Shown here one piece after another: positions 9,911-20,446 of a stretch of 64,000 bases of DNA. The notes beneath the pieces are model-generated. The model did no database searches and was not told the origin of the DNA. It worked only from the letters and a program-made list of their open reading frames with translations. Made by a program: the position numbers and the translations under genes. The DNA lies in assembly GCA_918797485.1 (NCBI GenBank), contig CAKKNE010000004.1, positions 868,001 through 932,000 on the forward strand, read 5' to 3'. Position 1 is the stretch's first letter. Every line of letters begins with the position of its first letter. Source of the stretch: Pelagomonas calceolata (Eukaryota).

Positions 9911-12900
9911 ATGGGCAAAGGCATGGGCGCCGTCGACAAGAACATGCGCAAGGAGCTCAGCCTCGAGATCGACGGCCACGCGTCCGCGGCAGCGCACGAA
10001 TCAAATGTCGCGGCGCGTCGCATGGCCCCCACGCCATCGAGGCGACGCCAGCTTGATCGACGCGACGCCGGCTCGATACTCACCCACGCAGGTGTCCGGA
10101 TCAATACGTCAACGATTTTACCCCGTTAGAGTTCGAGGAGATCGTCGACCTCTTCAAGGAATTTGATAAAGATAAAAGCGGCTACATCGACGAGGAGGAG
10201 CTGTGCGAAATGATGCGGGCCCTCGAGATGGACCATTCGCTGGCCAAGGCCAAAGAAATGATGCTCGAGATCGATGAAGATGGTTCCGGCGAGCTGGAAT
10301 TCGGGGAATTTTGTGCATTATTAGCGAAGGTCAAGCGCGGCGATGTTGGGAACCTACATGGCTTTGCCAAGCTTACCGAGGACATCAAGGCAACACCCGT
10401 ATCAGTACTGAACATCGAGGTTCTCAAAAGAGGCCTCAAATCAAAGTATAGATTTGTAGAAACAAGGGAAGCGACGGCCATGTACGACAAGTATGAAGTG
10501 ATGGAGGTTACTTTGTCAGGGCACTGGTACGAGATCGTCAAAGGTCCGCGACGCAGCGTCGATGGCGTCAACGCGACGCGTCATGATCATGCGCCCCGCA
10601 GGCCAGCCCAAGGAGAGTTATGGGGACCGCAGTTTCCAAGGTATAGGAAAAACCACGAGGGAAGCGAAGCAGGCCGCCGCGAAGGCGGCGCTCACGAAGC
10701 TACGCGCGACCATGCCGGGAATTAAGTTCCCACAAGGCGTCATCCCCTTCGCGTGGAGCGACTGGTGCCGCAAGAACCTGAAGCGGGGAGCTTTGTTGGA
10801 AGATCTACTCAAAACACTGACCACGAAAGGTTTTCATCCAGCCAAAAATCCCGGCTTCATGGAAAAGTTTCTTTTGATTCGTGCTGACTCAGTGTGGTGA
10901 ATGAACTTGAACTTGTCGTGGTCGCCGCGACGACGTCGACGCGATGCCGCGTCGCCTCGACGCCGTCGACGTGGCCGCGAGAGAGTCTGCGCGTCTCGCG
11001 AGGGAGCCGCGGAGCTTCACGACGGCGTCGTTCTGCACAGGATCCTGGGCCTACGCCTTCGGCGAGCCCTTCCCGCCGCAGGAGAAGGTCAAGCCCGAGC
11101 CCGTCTACCCCGAGATCGTGTCTCGGGTCCAATTCGACGATGGCGTCGTCGATCGTGTCAGGAAGGACTTCGACCAGAGCAAGAAATTGAGTGGGACGCC
11201 GTGTGGAAATCAAACTTCAAGCGCCCTTCAATTGGTGGTATCTCGGAGTCGGAGTGAGGTGCTGCTCGTTCCACGCGGTCGCGTGTATCTCTCGGAGATA
11301 GTGTCCAAGTTTGGGCCGAAAACATGGCCGCGGTGCCGAGATAGCGAGACGCGACCGCTCTCACTCGGCGAGAAGCGAGGAACGCGTCGCGTCGATGGCG
11401 TGGAGGCCTCGACGACGCTCTCAGACGCCGTCGACGCGAAGACTAACTCACTGGTTGATTCCACACAGGTACCGTGCCGGAGCACGTCGAGGAGTGGGTC
11501 GACCTGCGACTCGCCGAGGGCTATGATGGTAGTATCATCCTCGAGGCGCTGGCCTGGGTCGAGCACTCCCTCGACAGTCTACCGCACGTCCAGCGTCGAT
11601 TGCGGAGGAACGAGTCTGCCTTATGTTCTGATGTAGTACGACCAGAGAGCATCGACTTCCAGTTTCTCTGTAGAAATGATAGACGGTGGGAGGCCGAGCT
11701 CTACATCTGCGCGGGGGAAGATGAAAATAGACCAGTAGAGCAACGGCACAGTGGTGTGGCGCGGACTCCACTACAATTAGCTGCTGAGTCCGGTTGTCTC
11801 AACGTCGTCTATCTACTCTTAGAAAGGCACGCGGACGTCGAGGCCGAGGACCGGCTCGGGAGGAGACCTTTGCATTTGGCCGCGCAACGGGGCCACACGG
11901 ACGTGTGCATCGCCTTGGTCGATAGCGGCGAGGCCGATGTACATGCAGTGGACCACGACGGGAACACGCCCTTGCATCTCGCAGCTAAAGCTAATAAAGC
12001 TCGAACCGTGCACCAATTAGCTAATATCGAAGAGCACCAGATCCGGGAGGTGCTGTCGGGCCGACTGCATCCAGGGATGGACCGCGAGGTGCCGCTCATG
12101 TTCTCGGGTGCCGAGTCAGCGTCTGTTACTTCAATTCGATGCCACGTCGCCGCGACGCCGTCGAGGCGGCCGTCCGAGAGTAGTACGCGTCTCGCGAGAG
12201 CCTCGGGACCGCGGAACGCCTCGAAACGGCTCAAACTCAACGAAGCGACCACCCACTTCATCAGAAGATGGAGACGACGCGCGTCGACGGCGTGCCATCA
12301 CGTTATGTCCCGCGCAGACCGCTTCGCGTCGATGCAAAAACAGAAGCTCTACGACAACGAGCGGCGCCACTTCCGCAAGGACTGGTTGTACGAATGCGCT
12401 TTACAATGCTACGACGACCATTTACCGCCCGAGACGCAGAAACTCCTCACGCGACCGGTCCTAAGCGCCGTGGAGGGCGTCCTGCGATCCTTAGACCCCG
12501 ATCCGGACGGGGGTTATCTCAAGACGGAAAAATGCGACGGTATAGCTGTCGAGACGTGGGTGCCCTGCGTGACGCTGCCGATGCACCTCGTGGAGCTGCT
12601 GAAGTACGCCTTCAAGTATGCCGGTTTGCAGTCGAAGAATCAGCTCGGGAGGACGGCCTTGCATGAAGCTTGTTTCGCGAATCGGGCCGATAGCCACTTC
12701 GAGGTCATACGGATTTTAGTGGATGAGCACGTGCAGAACCTCCACGCGGTCGACGACCACGGCAGCGACGCGCGGCACTTGGTGCTGGATCCGCGGGGCC
12801 GGCCGGACTCGCCGACCGGACATAGATTCAGGGAAGATATAATTGACGACACGTGCGTGACGCGGCGTCTTCGTGAGACCGCGTCGCCTCGACGTCTTCA

Positions 12901-15900
12901 TTGAGACCGCGTGAGAGTCCACGCGTTCGCCGCGCAGGCGCGACGACCTCCTCGACGACTACGCGAACGCTGTTCGTGCGATCGAAGCGGCCAAGTCGGC
13001 GGAGCGGCAGCGGGAAGCGCTCGAGGACGCGTGTCGGCGCGGGACGGAGTTGTCCCACGAGCACTGGGGTTTGTTAAAAGACATGTCGCTGGTCAAGAGA
13101 TCGCTGGCTGGCGTCGACGAGTTCGAGGATAGCGATACCAAAAATCGGTTCTATCGGTGGCGGGACATAAAGGCCGAGGCGGAGCGACTGGACAACGAGG
13201 AGGACCAGGAGATCACGCGCGGCGCGGCGTCCTTGCGCCATCTTGAGCCGTATGGCGTCGACGCGATGATGTGGTCGCGGCGATGGCGTCGATGCGATGC
13301 CAAGTCGCCGCGACGCCGTCGACGCGGCCGTCAGAGACTCTACGCGCCTCGCGAGAGAGCCGCTGCAGTTTCTCGACGGTGTCCGTTCCACGCAGGTACA
13401 CGCAGGAGGACGCCTTTAGGGTCCAGGAACTCACGCTCAGGTACTCCTTCGCGCCGCCGCCGCCCTTTGTCTTCGAGGAGCAAGTTTTGGAGGCTATTGC
13501 CTACGTGCGAAAACGCACGGACCTCGTGAGAGAGGTCGGCGACTGGCAGACGCTGATCGACATGCGCCACGCCGACGAGTGTTTACTCTATGTCTCGGAT
13601 TTCATTGCCGACGGCGGGGGCATCGGCGTCACGACACAACTACCGCCTGCACTCACGTGGGACGCGCTCCAAGCGAGGTCAGCGAGAACAGGACTGTTAG
13701 GAGCCGCCGAGGAGTGGCAGACCTGGCAGCTCCAGGATGGAAGGGAATTTTACGTGAAGCCGTCGACCAATGATAAGCGGTGGATAAGACCCGTGGACGC
13801 GGTCGAGGAGAACGAAGCGGTCAAAAATTGCACGAACATCACCTTCGACTTCAAGGTCGCTGAGTCAGCGTCCGTTTCCGAACGTTTCCGAACTTCAACT
13901 TTGGGAAGATGGCGTCTCCACGATATCACGTCACCGTGACGCCGTCTTCATGATCATCAGAGCGTCGACGCGTCTCGCGAGGGAGTCGCGGCGGCGTCGC
14001 GACGGTGTCGTTCCCACACAGGTCACGAGCCAGCCCTGGTTCACGTGCGAGCAGTGCAACGCCGAGCTGCAGGGCGAGGGCAGGAAGGTTCGACTCATGT
14101 TGTGCGTGCACTGCGCCAAGAGATGCCACGACGGCCACCGCGGCATCAAGTACCTGCGCACTTCAAAAGTGGCCTGCATGTGTTTTGAATGTTGCGACTG
14201 CGTCCTGATGCAGGAGGTCGAGCAGAAGGCGCGCGAGGAGGGCATCGTTCCGTTGAATAAACTCGCTCGGTATGAAGCGGAAGAGGTCCGGAGACGCGTG
14301 AACCTCGGCAAAGACGTGCCTGCCGTGCTCGCTTTGCTGCCGGAACGACCGGAGAAGGAAAGGAAGAAGGGCTACTTCGGTAGTCAAGTAGAGGGCTGGT
14401 GCCTCGCGCGGCGGGCCGAGTTTACGGATCCCGTGGACGGGTGGCAGATTTTAGTAGATCCGCAGCAGCCGAAGGAAGTCACGGCGCGTCGCCGGCGTCC
14501 CGTGCGCGCGTCCCCGCCACGCCGTCGCCGTGACACGTCGTCCCGCGCCGCCTCGCGTCGTCGCGACGCCATCGACGCGGCTACTACTGGAGAGTGACGA
14601 GCGAACTCCCGCGCAGGTCGGCAAGACCGTGTTAGTGGATCGAATTGATCTGGTGGGCTGCAAGGTCCCGGCGAAGGTCGTGGACCGCTGGGTACATAAA
14701 GATCGCTCTCACAGATTCACGGTCATGTTTTCCGATGGTGAAAGAAGGTTCAAGGTGCCGCGCGACGAGCTGATCGTGCAGGAACATAAATATTTCTACT
14801 GGAACTGTCTCACGGCGCAGACGTGCTGGGAGCCGCCGGACGAGAACCGGAAAGTGTTGTGGAACATGTTCCGCGGTCGCAAGGCGCGCCGGTGCTGACT
14901 CAGCGTCTTGACGTGGTCGCGGCGATGGCGTCGATGCGGTCGTGTCGCGACGGCGTCGGTCCCACGCAGGAAGCTCCACGAGGCCGAGCAGAAAAGACTA
15001 GCGGAGTTGGAGGAGGAGCGACGGCATCGGCTGGGCCAGGGGAAGGACGTTTCCGATTTGGAGCTCATCATCGCGGATCGAAGTTTGGACACGGGGGGCG
15101 ACGTCAAGACGTTGGCTCTCGAGGGGCAGCCCTTACTGACGCAGCATGGTGAGGTCGCGGAAGGTGCGATCGTGCCCCACGACCAGAAAGTGGAAGAGGT
15201 AAATGAGGACCCCGTGCGGCCCGTGTGGACATCAAACACGCCGTCGACGCGACGTGCTTTCCGTAGCCGCGTCTGCGCGATGGCGTGGAAGCTCACACAA
15301 CGTAACTCACCGCATGCTCGCCACGCAGGTCAAGGCCTTCCACGAGCACTTCCGGTAGCGTATCAGCGTCCCGTACCATGAGTGACGAACACACACACGC
15401 ATGTGGGGTCGTCCACTCACGCCCTTCGCGGCGACGGCGTGCTGGGGGGTGTCCACACCGCTCGACGCCATCGACGCTGTCCGCGTAACGCAACTCCACG
15501 CAGGCCGCACTACAACGAGACCAGTACGAATCACATGGTCTGGCCGCCGCTGACGGGAGAGGACTGGTCTAGACTAGTAGAGGACGATAGTAGACTACTA
15601 CGCTACTTAGGAGACTGGGAAGAATTTGAACACAGAAAAACGCAGTGCCGCTTCTGGCGCGACACGATTTTAGTAGAACAGGAGACCGCGGTCCGCAAGC
15701 TCCAACTACTGTTTCGACAGTTCTGGTTCATAAAAATACCCCCCCCTGGCGAGTGGCGGTCGAAGGCCTACACTTTTACGATGCCTGAACCCGTAAAAGA
15801 GCAGGAGCGCCAGAGAACAGGATGGGCCCTATTACGGAGGCGAGGCAAGCTGCTCCGAGAGGTCACGGACGTCGACCGACGCGTCTGGGAGGAGTACATG

Positions 15901-18894
15901 GACCCCGTCTGTGACTCAGTGTTGAAGTTGAAGATGGAGTCCTCGCGTCGCCGCGACGCCGTCGACGTGGCCGTCGGAGAGTCGTTCCGCGCAGGTCTGC
16001 GGCGAGATGTTCTACTACCTGGCGCATTCCGGCTTTTCGCAGTGGTCTCGTCCACGTATACCACATCAATCAATTGAGCGGGTCCTGGAGCCCTTCCACC
16101 TCGAAGATGAAGTCGTGTTCCGGTTCCCGGGCCGCGTCAAGCCGGAGCACGCCAAAGTTATTAGGGTGCGCAAGGACCAGGACACGGGCGAGAGGATGTA
16201 CGACGTCGAGCCCGAGGACGAGAAGCAACGGCGCCGACTCGGCGTGATTTCCTTCAATTTCTCAACTTGAACTTGCGGCGACGGCGTCTTGATGAGACCG
16301 CGTCGCGTCGACGGCGTCGTCGCGATCACACGAGAGTCTCCGCGTCGGCGTCGCGGCGATGGCGTCAGCGCGACGTCACGCCACCGTGACGCCATCGACG
16401 CGTCGATGGCGTCTTCACGAGACCACAGTGACGCCATCGACGAGGTTTCGCGACGGTATCAATCAACACAGGATGAAGACGCCCGTCGCCAAGTGGGTCC
16501 CCCGCAAGTCGCTGTCGCGAAAGCCGAAGTCCGCCGCGGCCATGGAGCTCGACAAGGAGGAGAAGGCCTGGCAGCACCAGCTGTATCGCGCGCGCCAGGC
16601 CAAGGAGCGCGCGGAAGTGCGCCAGGCGCTCAAGGACCGCCAGCGAGAGATCGAGCGGGCGAACGAACTCGAGGAACGTTCCGGAGAACGGAAGCGCAAG
16701 TTCGACGTCGACGCGTGTCGGGAAAAAAGGGCCCAGGCCGAGGCCCAGGTGTTGATCGACGAGAAGAAGGCGGCGCAGGACGAGATACTCCGGTTGACCC
16801 TGGTGGCGTCGGCGGACGCGGCGGGCATGGACGCCGTCGCGTTCAAGGTGCGATCTCGGCGTCCCGCGTCGATGCCTTCACTTCAATACGACTCGTGTCC
16901 ATCTCACGAGGTCGTGGGTCGTTTCTTTCTCGAGTTTGAGGCCATTCGCACCGAGTCGAGCGACCGCGATGCTCCGCGCAGGCCCAGCAGGAGGGCATCT
17001 CGCTCTTGGAGGCCGAGAAGGCCATCGAGGAGGAGAACAAGTCGCGGCCGGCAACTTCTGAAGGTGCTATCGTTACTGTGGAGGAGGAGTTCGAGGCGTC
17101 GATCCAGGAGGCGAAACGGCGCGTCGAGCTCGAGAAGCAGCAGCGCCGCGACGCCATCGAGGCGAAAGGGAAGGACGAAGCGGCTAGGGAAGCGTGGCTC
17201 TCGAAGCGCGAGGACGCCGTCACGAGTCCGCGCACGAAGGCCCGCCGAAAGTTGCTGCGACTCCTCTACAAGGCGACGCGGCGCCAGAACCAGGGCTACG
17301 TGATCTGCGAGTGGGGGTGTGGGCAGTGGTGCGTGATTGGCCGCGAGAAGACCTTCCACGAGAAGGAAAGCTGCGCGAAGCGCATCATGCCCTGCTTATT
17401 GGGCTGCGGCTGCCGCATGCGCGAGGAGCAGTGGCTCGAAATTCCCGACGAGGAGATGGCCTTCGAGGAGCCGCGGAACCGGCAGCAGATCCACGAGCAG
17501 GACGAGTGCCCGAAGCGGCTCATTCCCTGTGAAAGGAGATGTGGCGAGTTCGTGGCCGCCGACAAGCTAGACCATCATATGCAGTGCCTGTGCATCAAGC
17601 GGCCGTTCCCGCCCATTCGCTGTCGGCTCGGGTGTGGCGAGTTGTTTGCCGGCGGGGCCCACGAGATCCTCAAGTGCGAGGAGGACCGCCTGGAGCACGA
17701 GCAGGAGATGTGTCCGAGGAGGATGGTTAGATGTCATGTGAAGGGCTGCGCGGCGACGGTGCGCGCCATGGATCGACCGCGCCATCGAAGATTGCATATG
17801 TTAAGAGGTGGCATCGCCTTGCACTGCGTGCCCGGTGCTTATGAGTATAAAGTCGCGATGGGCCTCCGACAGCTCAAGGTGCAGCTCTGGGGCGGCGGCG
17901 GTGCAAGTGGTCATTTGAAAGGGCAACAAGCTGGGGGAGGAGGTGGTGGAGCGTTTGTCGAGGCTTTATTAAATGTGATACCGGGCGAAACGCTGGAGAT
18001 CGTCGTCGGGGCCGGCGGCGCGAAGGGTCAATATGGAGGGACCGTGCAGATCGTGCGTTACTGCGTGGAAATCAACCAAACTCGGCCACGACCGCCGAGG
18101 GATACCCTCGACCGCGTTCAGACCGCGAGAGACCCCGAGTTGAAGCACAACTTGAACTTTCCACACAGGTGCGGGAGGACGATCCGACAAAATTCGAGAC
18201 GGAGGAGGTCTGCGGCGTGGCCAAAGGTGGGCAACCGGGAGGTGGGGACGGCCACGGGGGCAACGAGTGCTGGGCCTGCGGTGGTGGGGGCGGTTATACC
18301 ATGATCAGTCGCAATGGCAAAGGCGGCCGGCAAGTTTTGTTTGTCGCGGGTGGCGGTGGGGGTGGCGGTGCTCGCGATGGGCAACCGGGCTCAGGACTGG
18401 ACGGGGAGTTGCCTGGCACTCGTATTGATAAGAGAAACGGCCGAGCCGGGACGCAGAGCGAGGGTGGCGCCGCAGGTGATAGTGGAGAGGCTGCATTATG
18501 CGCCTTTCCGTCGCGACCGGGTGCGCGGTGGCAGGGCGGCGCGGGGGCCCAATTTGGGGGAGGCGGCGGCGGCGGCGTGTTTGGCGGTGGAGGTGGCGGG
18601 ACCTCGCCGGGCATCGCGGGCGGGGGCGGCGGTGGAAGTTCATTTGCCGATACCACCGTGTGCAGAGATGTGGTGATACTACAGGGCGTGGAGAACTTTC
18701 CCGGCGGCATGAAACATGCTCCCCCAAAAGCTTGCGGCGTGGGAGACTGGGACTTCGTGGGCGGCGTGGCCGGGCAGGGCGGCGGCGCGGACATCGTCGA
18801 GTGCCAGGCGGGCAAGAACGGCGCGGTCAAGATCATGAAGCCCGGGTTTTATTCGGAGGACGCGTCTTTACTACAAGCGCGGGGGCAGGTGTAA
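9911..18894 (+). CDS. Large 17-exon multidomain protein: EF-hands, dsRBD-like, ankyrins, WW-like, UBR-like zinc finger, Tudor-like, coiled coil, TRAF-like zinc fingers, Gly-rich C-terminal domain
   Basis: Frame-preserving introns inferred at 9982-10091, 10544-10601, 10881-11040, 11191-11468, 12108-12317, 12853-12937, ~13217-13395, 13856-14021, ~14484-14616, 14892-14969, 15214-15328, 15355-15503, 15907-15994, 16231-16471, 16848-16981, 18053-18168. Motifs: DKDKSGYID, DEDGSGELE, GIGKTTREAKQAAA, TPLHLAA, WFTCEQC..CVHCAKRCHDGH, CERRCG..HHMQCLC, LWGGGG. Confidence 0.75.
11191..11468 (+). mobile_element. Introner-like (MITE-derived) intron with terminal inverted repeats
   Basis: GT donor, 8 nt, then ccgtgtggaaatcaa; ends ttgattccacacAG, which is its inverted repeat. 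Confidence 0.7.
18053..18168 (+). mobile_element. Introner-like intron with TIR and target-site duplication
   Basis: GTGCGtta-ctgcgtggaaa ... tttccacacAG-GTGCGgga: 11-bp TIR with 1 mismatch, 8-bp TSD with 6/8 identity. Confidence 0.75.
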
Positions 18895-18907
18895 TTTATG
18901 TGATTGA

Positions 18908-19993
18908 TTAATCGGCGGGCAGCTCGAAGACCTCCTTGAGGGAGTAGGTCAGGACGCCGGCCGGTTCGATGCGCTCCGTGGACTCGCGCAGCACGTCGGT
19001 CCACCGCCGTTGCTCGTCGCGGCGCACGGCCAATTGCGCCCAGTCCCGCAAGTGCCGGGCGCGCTCCCGCTCCTTTTCTTTGGATGCGACGCGCTCGGCC
19101 CGCTTGAACTCAGCAGTCCAGGCCGCGTCGAGGACGGCGTCCGACGTCCAGGGTTCAGAGGCGGGCTTTTCTGGCGCCGGCGTCGGCACGGGAATTTCGG
19201 GAGACGGCTCCGGCGACGGCGTCCGCGGCCGCCGTCGCAAGGCCACCTCGGCCTCGAGCTCCGCGACCCTTTCCAAGAGCGCCGCGCGCTCGGCGTCGCG
19301 CGCGACGCAGCGGCGCACTTCCGCAGCACATCGATTCGCGTCGTCCACGACTCTGGAAGCGCGCCTTCTCGCCGTCTGCGCGGCGGCGTCGGCGGCGTTC
19401 GCTCTACAAATCTGGAAGCGCCGGTCTCTTGCTAATTCTATGAGCCGGTCGCGGAGCTCAACAATTTGCCGCTCGAGACTTGCCTTCGTCGTCTCGGCGA
19501 GGGCGAGGGCTCTCGCGTCGGCGGCAGCTTCGGCGGCCGCGTCGGCCGCCGCCGTCGCCGCATTCATAGCCGCGCCGCCTTCGCTTTGCGCTGTTGCCAT
19601 CGCGTCGCGCTGCAGGCTCGCGAGGCGGGCCTCGAGCGCCGCGCCCGCGACGCGGCTCTCGGCGCTTTCCGACCGCGACGTTGCCGCGGCGGCGCGGTCC
19701 TCGGCCGCGCGCCGCGCGTCCGCCGCCGCGGCTAGTTCCGCGGCGACCGCGTCGCGCTCGGCAACTTCCGCAGCAGCTTCGAGCGCCGCCGCCGCGCCGT
19801 CGTCGTCCTCGCCCACCGGTAAACGGCATGCTCTTTCCAACGCCGCGATGCGGCCGGCCCGCTCCGCGAGCGCGTCCTGCAACGCCGTGGCGCGGCGGTC
19901 CGCTACCTCTTGGGCGGCATGTGCGGCCTCGGTCTTGGCGTCGAGGTCGGCGATCTTGCGCAGGTCGCGGAGGGAGCGCTCGGAGAGCGCCAT
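18908..19993 (-). CDS. Hypothetical coiled-coil protein
   Basis: 361-aa ATG-started ORF rich in A/E/R heptads; convergent with the upstream gene. Confidence 0.65.
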   Translation of the reverse strand: MALSERSLRDLRKIADLDAKTEAAHAAQEVADRRATALQDALAERAGRIAALERACRLPVGEDDDGAAAALEAAAEVAERDAVAAELAAAADARRAAEDRAAAATSRSESAESRVAGAALEARLASLQRDAMATAQSEGGAAMNAATAAADAAAEAAADARALALAETTKASLERQIVELRDRLIELARDRRFQICRANAADAAAQTARRRASRVVDDANRCAAEVRRCVARDAERAALLERVAELEAEVALRRRPRTPSPEPSPEIPVPTPAPEKPASEPWTSDAVLDAAWTAEFKRAERVASKEKERERARHLRDWAQLAVRRDEQRRWTDVLRESTERIEPAGVLTYSLKEVFELPAD

Positions 19994-20446
19994 TGTTGGG
20001 AGCGCTGCGCCTTGCTCTCGCGCGCTGTCGGCGCTGGGTCTCTGGCGCTGTTACAGCTTGTGGCGACTCCTGGCCCGTCGAACACGATTTTTTTTGCTGG
20101 TGCCCAACAAGGCGTTCGCTGGCGCTATTTGAAACGATGATACGCGTCAGTGCCGCGTCAGGTGCCTCGTTTAGCGCTTTGCTCTCACAAAAGCGCTGAG
20201 GGCACGGGTTTTGCGTGACTGGTCCGTACACCTCACAAACATGCGGCAGCCACTCCAAGACGACACCTCCGCGGCCGCGCTCGCAAATCCCTAGGAGCTT
20301 GCGCGCCCTGCGACTCGAAGCGGTTGCTGGGCACAGGCGTCCGGCACAGGCTGCCCGGCGCCCGTGTCGGCGGCCCGAGGGCGAGCGACGCAGCGCAGCG
20401 CGGTCGTCGGTGGGAGTCGACCCGGCAGCGGCACCGGGGCAGCGTC

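Noticed and set aside
15355..15357. Premature TAG or pseudogenisation of the large multi-exon gene
   Set aside because: The TAG overlaps a GT donor; splicing 15355-15503 restores the frame
20324..20446. N-terminal extensions given by the ORF track (also at 1875, 57395, 57495, 58678)
   Set aside because: They begin at non-ATG or upstream codons in promoter-like sequence; downstream ATGs give sensible N-termini
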